A stretch of 63,968 bases of DNA, filler included, from Craspedostauros australis (taxonomy: Eukaryota): the NCBI GenBank assembly GCA_030167865.1. It is 5 parts of 5 records of this genome, joined end to end, with 100 filler letters (N's around TTAATTAATTAA, not from the genome) between each part and the next. Parts side by side here need not be neighbours in the genome. Positions count along the whole stretch, not along the records: positions 1 to 21,018 come from JALAGF010000835.1; 4 more parts are not named here. The stretch is one strand, 5' to 3'. The notes under the pieces are model-generated. The model had not been told where the DNA came from and did not search any database. It was given only the letters and a program-made list of their open reading frames with translations. The translations under genes and the position numbers were made by a program. Every line of letters begins with the position of its first letter. The stretch's first letter is position 1. This document shows positions 1-12,013 of the stretch, piece by piece.

Positions 1-392
1 TCTCGGGGCACCCTCATTGCTGGGTGGCTAATACTGCCAGACGAAAGTGGGAGTGCTGCCGTAGCAGACAAGTGTGAGACTGGGTCGAAATCCGGTGATC
101 GCAACGCGCCCACGAAGGCGTGTTGTGCAAGGTTGTCCTAACTCAGCGATGTAGAACTAGCTGCGACTGTTAATCTATTAGAGCACTATCGAAAAATCAC
201 AAGGGGTGAGCAAAAGCAAAGTACCATGCCGGGATTCGAACCCGGAACCTCAGTTAGAATTACTGGTGCTCTACCGTTGAGCTACAGGCGATGCGATTGC
301 TGATCCGAACACAAGTGAAATTTATAGATAGTGGGGGCTACGGGAGTAACGTACTTAGCACTATTCAGTTTTGTGCTGATAATGGTATTACA
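1..392 (-). mobile_element. 5' end of a putative LTR retrotransposon: 225-bp LTR (168-392) plus start of the internal region (1-167), which runs off the window
   Basis: The minus strand starts TGTAATA (392) and ends GATTAACA (168), giving TG...CA termini with a short inverted repeat. It contains TATAAA (326-321). The LTR/internal junction GCTCTAATAGATTAACAGTCGCA (184-162) recurs at 63312-63334 just upstream of a long ORF. The flanks GCGAC and TGATT differ, so it is not a solo LTR with a TSD. A possible ATG lies at 17 (MRVPR...). Confidence 0.6.
221..291 (-). tRNA. tRNA-like sequence (probable pseudo-tRNA / Pol III cassette) inside the putative LTR
   Basis: TCGCCTG-TA-GCTC AACGGTA GAGC-A-CCAGT AATTCTA ACTGA-GGTT-CCGGG TTCGAAT CCCGG-CATGGTA-C. 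D and T arms are perfect and carry A and B boxes. The anticodon stem has 4 bp, and its loop (nominal TTC) lacks U33 and purine 37. The acceptor stem is mispaired. A TTTT run follows about 6 nt downstream. Confidence 0.7.
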
Positions 393-2406
393 TGATTGCA
401 GCGGCAGCAATTGTTGCGTGTGGTTTAGCAGTCCGCGGTATGCTCCAAGCAACATGCTTCCCCTTAGCTCATCCCACACATGACGAATCGTCGAAAGATG
501 CCCACTGAAGGTCTTGGCCGTCCCACGAATACTTCCCTGTGCGTGTTGAGCCAGCGGACGGTGTGGACCTGCGCATGGTGTGAGCCAGCGCACGGTACGC
601 TCGCATGCATTATACATCCCATCACCTCGAAGCTGAGATGGAGGCACCATGCTAGTTCACACAGCCCGTTTCCGTCAGCGAAAAGACGATGCGCCAAGCT
701 TTGTGCCGAATCAGAGAGTGTAATTCTTGCAATCGGTACAATGAGAGGGAGGAGCACATCGAGAGTTGATTCCGTGCCTTGGGCCACGTCACTATCTTTC
801 CTACTGCCTCTGCTGGCAATGCGATGCTGAGTGCTGATGCAACGCCGGGTGCGAGACAGCATGACGGCGGAGAGGCATGGCGATATCGGCAGTGGCCATC
901 ATCACTGCGAGGATGGAATTGCATAGGACAGCACTGATCAGGGCAGCTGGCCTTGGAGTTAATCTCCCTCAGACAACCCAGGCAAAAACGCATGACTTCT
1001 GCGATGCACTTCGGTTGGCATGCATTTTTCAGATCTGCATTCCTTTCGTGGGCCACCACCAAGAGAACAATCTGCGGCATCGGGATGGCCGTGGTTCGTC
1101 TTCGATTCGAGATACCCGGTCAATATTGAAGGCGTCGCGGCTTTGAAAATTGAGGGGGTGGTGGGTTCGAAAAATCCTGACCGAACACGTACGCATCGTT
1201 CGGACGAAGACCTTGACGAGTGTGCATGGGTCGCGGCGGCTTGATCTTTGCCGTTCGTTGGCGTGGCATCAGGTATCCACAATTCGGCGTTGCCGGCACA
1301 ACTTGTACTACATCCGGGCATTGCCCATGTTGCCAACATCAGCGTCGCGAATCTAACTTCATGGTTCGTGGGCTGAGCACACAATGGTACAGAGCCGAGT
1401 ATGGCGTGAGCAAAAAATGGCATGTTGCAAAATGGATGTTTTCGGTGGTGGAAAGTGGCGTCGCTGGCAGTATTCGCATGTATGCAATAAACCAACAAGA
1501 CCCACCATCGTGGGCGATCTCCCAGTCTCATCCTCGTGGAACTCAATAATGACACCAAGATTGCCTCGTCCACTTCAGATGAAACGTAAATGACGCAAAT
1601 ATTTCGACGCTCTGCCGTCGAAGGGTGAAGCGAAAGACTCGAATAATCTTCGCAGCCGTCATGATTCGGCTACAGACTTGACATCCAGCATGGTCTCAAG
1701 AGCCATCGTTCCTCAAGTGCAAGATCGCAATGATCCTGGGCGATCTGTACAGTTATGTGGCGGTGTGAGCGTGATGCTTGGGGGTCGAGTCTGGCGCAAT
1801 GCTGTCTTCGCCGCTGACCTGAGGGGATTGGGATCTGGGGGAATTGATTCCAACGATGCCAACTGTCAACTTCTTCGGGACAATCACCACCATTGCATTC
1901 GTTCGCGCTCGTCTGAAGATGCGCTCCGAGGGCCAATGAACGCATGTCATGTTATCACCCTTTTCATCCCTCCAACTCTGAATCGTCGTCTCATGACGGA
2001 TTCCGGCTGATGCGAAGTAGAGTCCTCGTATGGAAGATGTTGAATCGCTTGCACCCCCAGCAACGGCACTTCTGTGATGCTCCGAAGAGGAGTTAGCTGG
2101 GCGATGGGGTTGCGCGGTCTTGATCGTGGAATGAATTGGAATGAGATGAGGTGGAATGAGGTGAAATGATTCGATGCCATTCGAAGCATCAAGACCGCCA
2201 TTGGCTGTGAATGGGGTACTCGGTGTGAGCGCAATGGTGATATCATGGTCTCCAAGTATGCAGTCCATAAGCGCTTCGAGTGAGAGCGTTGATATAAGCA
2301 GAGCATAAACATGCACGATTCATCATGTTCGTCTGGCAAAAGCGCACATTGGTACTGATCACGTTGAGGTCTGAAGCAACCGCTTCGTGCACGATGCAAG
2401 TAGAGT

Positions 2407-2432
2407 AGAGAGAGAGAGAGAGAGAGAGAGAG
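2407..2432. repeat. (AG)n microsatellite
   Basis: Uninterrupted AG dinucleotide run. A similar run lies at about 55353-55374. Confidence 0.9.
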
Positions 2433-3456
2433 ATAGTATCCAAGTCTTACCTTCATACTGCGAACGGATAGCGTGGAGTTTACCACATTCGTCCACGTTG
2501 AATTTGCTCACCATGCTTTCTATTCTGTGTGCATGCGGATAGAGAAGGTTGGTGCCGTCATCGCCAGCCTCCTTCTTTGAATGCCCTCATCTGTTGCTCT
2601 TGCTCTTGCTCTGTCTGTCTTTTGTTTCGCCATTTTCCATGGTCGTTTCTGCGAGTGCTTCATGCAGAGTTCAGCACTCACGTCTCTCTCTCTCTGCCAA
2701 CAGACGTGAGTCACAATACGACCAGCCCAAAACGTCATTCGTTGACGACCACAAGAATGCGTCAGTTGGTGCGAAGCAACACGAGGAGATGAACATACGA
2801 CTACTTGCACCAAACGTTTGTGTCACTTTTGTGAGGAATCGATCGAGAATTTGAGCCGTTTTCAGCATGTCCGTTCTTTCATCTATACCTTGTACGAGCA
2901 AGTTCGGATGGAACGGCCTGTTGATTTGGAGCGCCTGATTCACACGGTCAACATGAACGGTCCACGTGAGGTCTGAAGAAGTACTTTGAGACAATCTCAT
3001 TCGATACCTCTGAATGCTGCCAACGATGTTTCAACAAAGTTCAGAAATCTGTGTCGATAACTGCAAAAAGGCGAAGACGAACACATGAAAATAGAAATAA
3101 TCACACGACTCCAAACGACTCGAAAGACTGAGTAAGAGTTCCCTCCGCACCAAGACGGCACCAAGACGACACCAGGATAACACTGACGACAACGTTGTGG
3201 ACAATCGACGATGAGCGGGAACATCACCATTCACAAACACACAGACACAAACCGAAGACGACTTCGGATACGACGATCTAATAGTTTGGGCAAGATCAAC
3301 AAGCATACTCGCAGAACTCGAGGAGCACCACAGAGGAGCGCATCTTACATAGCACAAGCAAGTATAGTACGATAGTGAAACGGCGAATCAGCAAAGCAAC
3401 CTAAGGACGTTCAGCGCTCGTTGCAGACGTATGGACACGGTCCCTTGCCCACCACC

Positions 3457-4854
3457 ATGTCGATTGCTTTGCACTACAACTATCCCGTGGGGTCCAATGA
3501 GACCGAGGAGCAAGAAGAAGAGAAGCTGCAGTTGTGCATAAAGTCGGAGGTTCTACCACGCGCCAACAAGATCCTGCAACAAGTGAGAAATGGCATCCGA
3601 AACACCTCATTCCGATTTCTCTCGTTCGAGGAGATGCCGGACACGGTGATGGACAATCGGGAGTTGCGACACGCCCTCTTCGATCTTGCCGTGTCGCGAG
3701 AGTGGGATTCGGTGGCGTTCAAGCGATGCGACGATCCGGACTTCCAGCACCTTATCGAGCGCTGCTTGCTGATGAACAGAGCGCGCAGCATGGACTTCGA
3801 TGTCCACTTCGGCATCAACTTCTCTCCCGAGAAGCTGGGGTTGGCGTTGCGCAACGGTCTGCAATACACGCGGTCGTTGCGCAAGCTCGTGCTTGGCGCC
3901 ATCCGGTTGACGGAGGATGCGGCAGCATCGATCGCCGACGGTCTGGCACAATGCCAATCGCTGCACGCCATGGAGGTCATCGCCACCATCTTCGAGACGG
4001 AGCAAGTTGTGGCACATTTGGGGCGCGGGATAGAGCACAATGGGAGCATTCACCGGTTGACGTTGGATGGGATCGACGAATGCTTGCCCATCTTGGTGGA
4101 CTGCATTGGAAGGCGAGCGTGTCCATTGGATGAGCTGCACATCTTGTCAGAATCGTGCAATTCCCTCAACAGCGCCATGGAGGAACTTGGTGCCGTCATC
4201 TCGAACGGTCGCGTCATTGAGATGCTCGATCTGTGCTCGAGACCGACGCAACAAACGAAGCACGGCACCGACAAGCTCGCAATAGCACCACTGGCACGTG
4301 CGTTGCGAGGAGAAGGTCACAAACTACAGGCGCTATCCATCACCTGCCAGCGGTGTGAACCGAACGACCAAAAGTTGCTGCACCGCGCACTCGCATATCG
4401 GACATCGTCGCTGCAGCACTTGGGGCTGGTAGTGAGAGACAGATCGTGCTCAGTGCAAGCAGACTTCGTGTCGTTCCTGCCATCGTTGCATTTGAAAAGT
4501 CTGAATCTTGGGTTGTGGCGCGTCATGCACTGCGACGAAGTCGGCGGCTGGATTCGTGCAATGTCCGACAACTACGAACTGAAGTCTGTGATTTGCAGAC
4601 CGGTCTACATAGGGCACATGTGCGATGAAGGGATTCGTCTTTCGTTCCGAGTCATGACACAGAGATACTGCCGATTGAACCGCAGCGGACGACACCTGTT
4701 TCGAGCAGGAGACACGATCCCTGCGTCTCTGTGGCCTGTCGTGCTGGGGCGAATCAATCGTCTACACTTCTCGGACCCAGATTTTGACGAGGACCATTGC
4801 AAGGCTGATCTGATCTATGAATTTCTGTGCAATGCCATTCCCCTTGTGCTGTGA
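3457..4854 (+). CDS. RNI-like leucine-rich repeat protein (expanded diatom family)
   Basis: Intronless ORF with first ATG at 3457 and degenerate LxxLxL repeats (SLRKLVL, SIHRLTL, PLDELHI, SLQHLGL, LKSLNL). The C-terminus LNRSGR...PASLWPVVLGR...ADLIYEFL is typical of diatom RNI-like proteins. Confidence 0.8.
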   Translation: MSIALHYNYPVGSNETEEQEEEKLQLCIKSEVLPRANKILQQVRNGIRNTSFRFLSFEEMPDTVMDNRELRHALFDLAVSREWDSVAFKRCDDPDFQHLIERCLLMNRARSMDFDVHFGINFSPEKLGLALRNGLQYTRSLRKLVLGAIRLTEDAAASIADGLAQCQSLHAMEVIATIFETEQVVAHLGRGIEHNGSIHRLTLDGIDECLPILVDCIGRRACPLDELHILSESCNSLNSAMEELGAVISNGRVIEMLDLCSRPTQQTKHGTDKLAIAPLARALRGEGHKLQALSITCQRCEPNDQKLLHRALAYRTSSLQHLGLVVRDRSCSVQADFVSFLPSLHLKSLNLGLWRVMHCDEVGGWIRAMSDNYELKSVICRPVYIGHMCDEGIRLSFRVMTQRYCRLNRSGRHLFRAGDTIPASLWPVVLGRINRLHFSDPDFDEDHCKADLIYEFLCNAIPLVL

Positions 4855-5467
4855 GAACTTTGAGCCTTGCTCCACTCCCCAGGAGGAGCACAAAGGCGAT
4901 TGGAGTAAACAGTTGAAAGCTGACGGCTGACAGTTGACAGTCGGCACACACATGGAGAAAGAGAGGGAGGAGAAGGAGCACAAGACCGAGGATGATGGCG
5001 GTACTGGTGCATGTGAGTAGATGCGCATCCTCGCGCAGCGACGTGAAGAACACCATTGTTGATGAACACAAAGAGCGCAGATGATTTTTGTCAATTTTGC
5101 ACCACGAAACACAATATTTCCGTGTCTTGTTAATGTCGCACTGGCGATTTTTCGGTTATTCTGGCTCTTGTTGTCGGAGTTGTGATGCTCATTTCTTTGT
5201 CGCACGAACACAGAAACGCTGCAAAAGTACGTTGGAATCGTATTGACGCAAGTGAGAAACATGAGAGCGATGAGTCGTCCCCAACGAACCTCCGACTGTG
5301 TTCCTTGTTGCATTCTGCTCCACCTCATTTCGTTCAACACAAAACCATAGCGGTGGACATCACGGGTCGGCCAACACAATGGGACCCCTGTAACAAAGGT
5401 TGCCATCAGAATCAGCATCAGCATCCATACTGGCAGTTGTCTTGCTGCTCCAAAATCGCGCACAACG

Positions 5468-6142
5468 ATGGCACACCTGAGGAGCGGATCGATGACAACG
5501 GCGCTGCAGGTACATCCATGGCGAGATGGGCATGACAAGACGTTGGACCTGCTGCAAAAGACCGACGAACTGAGTTTCGTCACGGAAGTCTCCGTCTTCT
5601 TCCTCGATCATGAATTGGAGCACATGGTCGAGGACGATGAGGTCATGTCCATCTTCGAGTCCCTCGGCACAAACCTGCCCAAGCTGCGGACGGTGCGCAT
5701 CGAGCTGAGCACGTCGCCGCACTTCCCCATGACGTCCATCTCCGTGCCACCCCTCCAGGCTCTGACGTCGCTGCTGCTGGGCGGCGGCAACCAGCTCAAA
5801 TTCCTGTTCCTGCGCAATCTCAGGCTGCTCGGCGACGACTACGACGCCAACGGTTTCTTGGAAGCACTGAGGATCCATCCCACCTTGCACAGCGTCGAGA
5901 TCATCAATTGTTGGTTCTCGAGCAGCAAGCATCTGAGCGGCATCAAATCCGCCCTCTCGGAAAGAAGGAACATGCGACACATCGACCTTGACCGTTGCAT
6001 CGTCATCAATACGACACAATCGACCGATAGCGGATCGCAAGAAGGAAATGGTAGAGGTGATAATACATGGTGCACGCTGCCGGCCTGGTTTCCGAGCAGC
6101 CTATCCTGGTGCGTGTATCCCATCAGGTGCTGTCAAGCGTGA
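5468..6142 (+). CDS. Short RNI-like/LRR-like hypothetical protein
   Basis: 224-aa ORF with strong GC3 codon bias and LRR-like motifs LPKLRTVRI, QLKFLFLRNLRL, LEALRIHPTLHSVEI, NMRHIDL. Confidence 0.7.
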   Translation: MAHLRSGSMTTALQVHPWRDGHDKTLDLLQKTDELSFVTEVSVFFLDHELEHMVEDDEVMSIFESLGTNLPKLRTVRIELSTSPHFPMTSISVPPLQALTSLLLGGGNQLKFLFLRNLRLLGDDYDANGFLEALRIHPTLHSVEIINCWFSSSKHLSGIKSALSERRNMRHIDLDRCIVINTTQSTDSGSQEGNGRGDNTWCTLPAWFPSSLSWCVYPIRCCQA

Positions 6143-6461
6143 ATACGAATTGGCAATTGTATGATGATGGAATAAAAATAGAGTGTGTAGAGCTTTACAT
6201 GCATGCATCGGATAATCCCAGCAAAGCAAAATGCTGCGTAGTAGATGCAGAGGAGAGTACATCGACGAAGCACATTCGTTGCGCAATGTGCCATGTTGTG
6301 CTGGGACTTGAGCTGCGAAGAGACGGCAATGCAATTGGTTGCTGCTGTTGTCCTTTCCATTAAACCATTCCGACCGCGCTTGTCTCGGTGCACTCCACTC
6401 GGATCTCGCGATCCCACCACAGCGTCGATCTCTTCCTCAGTGATTTGTTGTTTAGCTGCGT

Positions 6462-9400
6462 CTACGCTCCGCTTGGCAAACCGCTGTTTGGTGACACTGG
6501 AGGTTGATCACTTTGGTCGGTGCTCACATCCTGACGGCTGTTCAGGTATCGTCCAATGGCCTTCAGCACCTCATCCACCAAAAGGATGGGAAGCGCCCAG
6601 GCCATGACCGTGCTCCAGTCATCCCAAGACAGCGGCACCTTTCGTGTGTGATTGTGGGTGACACAGAGCGAAGTAGGGCAAGAAACGAAACGAAACGAAC
6701 AACGAAGCAGTGGATGATTGAGAAAACAACAATCCAGCAACCAGAGGAGGAACAAAGCAAGCAAAGATGCAGATTGTCAGCGAAAAGCGGCGGTCAAAGA
6801 ATCAAATTTGATACGCAAACAGTCAACGACATCACGCAACACTCATCGACTCAAACAATCAGGTCGTGTCATACGCACCATTCCAAAGCTTTCGCCCAGA
6901 GCTGGGAGCCCCAGGTCGGCGCTGTAGAGCACAAGCATGTGCAGCAAGAACGGACCGCTCACACCAAGCAAGAGCCAACGGTTGCTTTGCGGTCCAACGC
7001 GGAAAAGGGAGCTGTCGACAGAAACGGCCGACAGAGCCTTCAGCATCTCCATGCACACCAGAGTTGTCAGGGACAGGGTCTGCGGGAGCATGCGTCCGTC
7101 GCTTTGGAACAGATCCCTGCACATCGAGGTTCCGCCCGATGGCATCCATTGCAGCCCGCATTGGCTCCAATTGGCAAGCTCTCCAAGCGTGATGCCTTGC
7201 GCGAGGTAGTGCTGAGCGAACACACCGATTGTCGCAACACCGACGTACAGTCCCGTCAAGCTGTTGGTTGGAGGGCGCGAAACGAGGAAAGAGAACAACA
7301 GAAGCAAGTTCAGTTCGTGAATTAATAAAGGCACGGTAGATTTGTGAATGACAGCATGTGCTTGTATCGGTCAAGCATATCTTCAGCTCAAAGAAGCATT
7401 GCGGGGGATCAGGCCACCAAAACAATGCAACAGTATTGCATGCATTGGAACGCTGGCTAACTTCGACGGGAGGCTCGTTCCATAACTCAGTTCCGCAGAA
7501 AATCAGCGAACAAGCCGAACAAACAGCAGTACATCGTGTCGTGCCACGTCGTGCCGCGTCCTGACTTCACTTACCAATATCGTGTCAGCAACCAGCGAGT
7601 CATGATGGGTTCGTCGCTTGGGCGTGGTGGTTGCTCCATCAGATCCGGCGATGGAGGGTTGAACCCGAGCGCTGTGGCAGGTGGGCCGTCGGTGACCAGG
7701 TTCACCCAAAGCAAGTGCATCGCCGTGAGCGGTTCGGGGAAACCAGCCAGCGTGGCAAAGAATATAGCGCAGATTTCACCGATGTTGCAGCTGATCAGGA
7801 AGCAGATGAAGGCTTGCATATTGGCGTAGATGCGACGCCCTTCTTCGACGGCAGATACGATGGTGGAGAAGTTGTCATCGGCCAAGACCATGTCCGCCGC
7901 CTCCTTGGCGACTTCCGTGCCGGTAATGCCCATGGCAACGCCGATGGCAGACTGTTGCAATGCGGGGGCATCGTTGACGCCATCGCCTGTCATGGCAGGG
8001 ATTTCACCGAGGCTCTGCAGCATCTTGACCAGCTTCTGCTTGTCCGCGGGCTCGGCGCGGCAAAACACAATGTTGTCTTGTTTGAGGAGCTCAAGTTGCT
8101 CCTCTTCGGGCTTCAGGAAGAACTCCCGTCCCTCATACGCCTTGAGTTCCGAACGATCGGCATCGCGTGGGAAGATGTTGACATCCCTCGCGATGGCGAT
8201 CGCCGTGTCTCTGGCATCTCCCGTGATCATCATGACTCGGATGCCAGCTGTCGTGCACTCCTCGATGCTATCGGCCACCTCCGGTCGAGCAGGGTCTTTG
8301 ATACCCACCAGACCAATGAAGGTCATCCCGCTCTCGATGTCCTTGTACTTCGAGGGGTCCTTCAGCAAGGGGTGCTTGGCAATGTCGCCTTCGGCTTGCG
8401 GGACGAAGTCCTGCAGACTCTTGTCCAGGTCGCGCGTCTCCTTGACTGCCAGCGCGAGGCATCGCAGCGGTCTGGTGGAAAGCTGCGTGATGGTCTTTTC
8501 GAGCTCCCGCCGCAACGACGCGCTCATCTTCATGACCGATCCGTCCCTGAGCTTGATGCGCGTGCAACGCTCCAGCACCAAGTTCGCAGCGCCCTTGACA
8601 AGAAGTCGGTTGTTCTGTGTCATCGTATGTGGTTGAATGGCTCCAGCTGCTGCTGCTGCTGCTGCTGGCATGGTTCCGAAATCCTTTGCCGGCGTCGGGT
8701 TGGAGAATGGACACAGCACGGACATGCTCTTGCGGTCGCGATTGAACTCCAACGTCGCGTGGCGGGGATGCACGCCCCTCCATGAGTTGACGTTGGCGCT
8801 TGCCAAGACGCTCGGAGGCACGTGAATGTGCATGCCTCGGCTGCCGTAGTGCTGGTCGGGATGGTCCAGATAGTGCGACCTTCCGCCGATCTTCTCTGCC
8901 AAGATGCAGAGCGCCGCTTCGGTGGGCTCCCCGGCTCGCGTGTATACCTTCTCTGTTTCGGAGGACTTTGCCTTTGCCTTCCTGCCGGATTTGCTGCGGG
9001 CATGATGATGACGCTTGCCAACGGTGTTGCCCGCCGCGTCTACAATATCCTCATCGTCGCTTGCGTCGATGTCGTTGCCGATGATCTTGGCGTCGTTGCA
9101 CAATGCCGAGACAGCGGCAATGTCGGCGATGGCGCCGTTGGGAAGATTCTTGACTTCTTCATCAGCATCGATGCCATCGATCGCGCCGATGGGGGAGTAG
9201 GAGGTGCCTTCGATGAAATGCTCCTGGATGAGGACGCTGCTGCCAGTGACCTTCTCCAGCACGACCATGCTGACGACCGTCATTTCGTTCGTCGTGAGCG
9301 TTCCCGTCTTGTCCGTGCAAATCACGGACGTGCAGCCCAAGGTCTCGACGGACGGCAGCTTGCGCACGATGACGTTGCGCTCTGCCATGCGGCGTGTGCC

Positions 9401-10861
9401 CAAGGAGAGGCACAGCGTGATGACGGCAGGAAGGCCTTCGGGGATGGCGGCGACGCCCAAGGCGACAGCGACCTTGGCGTAGTAGATGGCGCCCTTCCAC
9501 ATGACACCGCCGAACGTGGGGTCGTCCATCTTCGGGATGCTCACCAACCAGACGCCGATGCAGATGACTCCGATGATCATCGTCAGGGTCTCGCCGAATT
9601 CATCGAGCTTGATGGCAAGCGGAGTTTTCTCGGTCTCTTCCTGCGCCTCCGTGACACCCTGCTGGATCTTGCCGAACTGCGTGTCCATGCCAGTTTGGAC
9701 AACCATGGCAAGGCCAGTGCCAGATGTAATCATGGTACCGCTAAACAGCATGCCCTGCTGGTCCTGCAGCAGCGGAGCCCGATCGGTCTCCTCCAACGTG
9801 CCCTCGTCACCGGGCAGCTTGGAAACCGTGACGGATTCGCCTGTGAGACTGGCCTCATCCACCTGCATGGAGCTGGATTGCAAAGAGAGGAGACGGGCGT
9901 CCGCAGGTATCTTGTCGCCAACGCGGACAGAGATGATGTCGCCGGGGACCAGCTTGGTTGCGTCGTAATCGGCCTGCCACTCACCGTCACGGAGGACCGT
10001 GCACAGTGATGGCTGCAGAGTTTGCAGTGCTTGGAGCGAATCCAATGCCGACTGTCCCTGCCAGACGCCGACGGCAGCATTGAGGATGAGGATGGAGACG
10101 ATGACGAGGGGTTCCACGAAAGCTTGCAGCATGGACATGTCCTCGTGTGCCTGCTGCAGCTCCATGAAGGAGAAGACCCCGCTGACTGCGGCCACGACGA
10201 CCAGGATCTGCACGAGCCGGTCCTCGAACTGCTCGGCGATGAGCGCCCAGATCGATTTGGGCGGCGGTTGTGCGAGTTTGTTGAAGCCGTATTGGAGGAG
10301 ACGTGCCTCGGCCTGCAACGACGCGAGTCCATTGCTGATGGAGGTCTCGAGCTGTTCCGTGAGGGCTCCCACCATCGTCGTTGAAGGGATTGCGGCGGTT
10401 GCGTTGTATTGCAACTCTTTCACTCCCGACACTGTCACTGCAGTTGAGTCTGCTGTGGCCGAAGCACCGCCGCTGAGAATGTCGTTCTTGTTTTCGGGCA
10501 ACCGCACCGCCACATTCAGGGACGTGCTTGCTGATGCACCACCGCGCTGAGACAGGACATGCTGGCTCCATGCCACTGTTGGTTGGATTCCGTTCGATCC
10601 AATGTGACCCGATCCTGTCGCGGCAGATGCAGAGCCGAAGAAACGGCCTCCTGCACTCTTGCTTCGTGATTTGAAGGACGTCAGAGGTGATGCCGCGAAG
10701 GCTGCCTCCGCAAATGGTGTCGCCGTCACACTGCCATGCAGCGCTACGGAGAATGCGATGCAGATCCACGCGGTGCAGATGATGGACATCATCACGGATC
10801 TTCGCGGATGCTGTGCAGGCCTTGCCGCTGCACTCCTCTTCGGAGCAAATGCCGCCTCCAT
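6462..10861 (-). CDS. ATP2A: P-type IIA (SERCA/ECA-type) Ca2+-transporting ATPase; exons 10861-7575, 7260-6879, 6638-6462
   Basis: Motifs TGES, AAIPEGLPAVIT, DKTGTLT, LLVKGA, MTGDGVNDAPAL, SCNIGE and LWVNLVTDGPPA. GT-AG introns at 7574-7261 and 6878-6639 restore RYC|LTGLYVG and FGM|VPLSWDDW in frame. The start codon is uncertain (MEAAF at 10861, or MMSII shortly downstream). Confidence 0.93.
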
Positions 10862-12013
10862 GGTCTCTTCGATCAACTGCTCGTTGCGTCTTCTGATCTT
10901 GTATAATAGAATAGTATAGTATTGTAGTATATGCTTGATCTCGCTGTTGCTTTCTGTTGTGCAACGCGAAGATTTCGATCCCTCCTTGCTGATCAATGGA
11001 TGATGCAGCGAATGAAGCTGAGGCAGCGGACGCCGCAGGTGATTCAAGAGGATGGATCAAGGAATGATTCGCGGCCGGACAGCTGCGCCGACACGAAGAC
11101 GAAGGACGACGAGAGGCTCGGCAGCAGGTGCAGCAGCAACGGCAGAAGGGAGAGGAAGGGAACCCTTTTGGCAGAAGCAGAAGCCGAAGATGACGCAAGG
11201 TGCGGTTGGACAGGAGCTTTGGCTACTGCTATGAATCTGGTTGTGTTATCCTCTCCCGCAGTTCGGTATGTCGTATAATACGTCGTGTGGAGGTTCTTGT
11301 CCTGGTCTCAGTTGCGATCGTGTGGTGGTTATGGAGATGGAAACGTGGAGATGGCCGACCATGGTTGTGGTGATGGCTGCAGTGACACGTTCCGCTTCGT
11401 TTCGTGGCGATTGCCTCATCGGCTTCGGATTCTTTTGTTTTGGGCTTCCGTAAATCTTGTGTCTTTGAACTCGGGAATCGATCCCTCACCGGGACTCGCA
11501 CATCACGTGATGTGAATGGATGGATTCGATCGCAACGATTGGTCGAGCCAGTCGTAGACCTCGTGGCATGCTATGGGACCTCTTGGCCTCATTTTGAATC
11601 AGCGAAGACAGACGTTAACGGTCGCAATTTTACCGTTACATATCGGCATACAAACTGACAATTCCGTTCATTTTTGTGAGGGGCTGCGACTTCCGAGATT
11701 GTGTTCTCCTCTGTTGCCGTTGATTGTCAATGTTGTCGCCATCGTCGGCAACATCAGCAAAGACGCCGTCACTCCGCTCTACTACTCTCTGGCGAGACAA
11801 TTGAGGCCATCAAAGTGTGCAACTTCATCAACCATCGCACCAACAGCTGCAATTTCCTCAGTCTCGGGATCGTCGTTGTCAATAGGACGGCATCATCATC
11901 TTCGACGCCATTTGCAACAGCCAGGTTCTGCTTCGAGACAACACCACTTCGTACGCATCGACATTGACATTGACATCGACATCGGCGTCGACAGCGTCGT
12001 CAGCATCAACACC

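Noticed and set aside
221..291. Functional tRNA-Glu(TTC), or amber suppressor via a TTCTAAC loop
   Set aside because: The acceptor stem is mispaired and the TTC loop lacks U33 and purine 37. The CTA register has no anticodon stem.
393..3400. Numerous short overlapping ORFs
   Set aside because: No domain, codon bias or consistent splice model could be supported.
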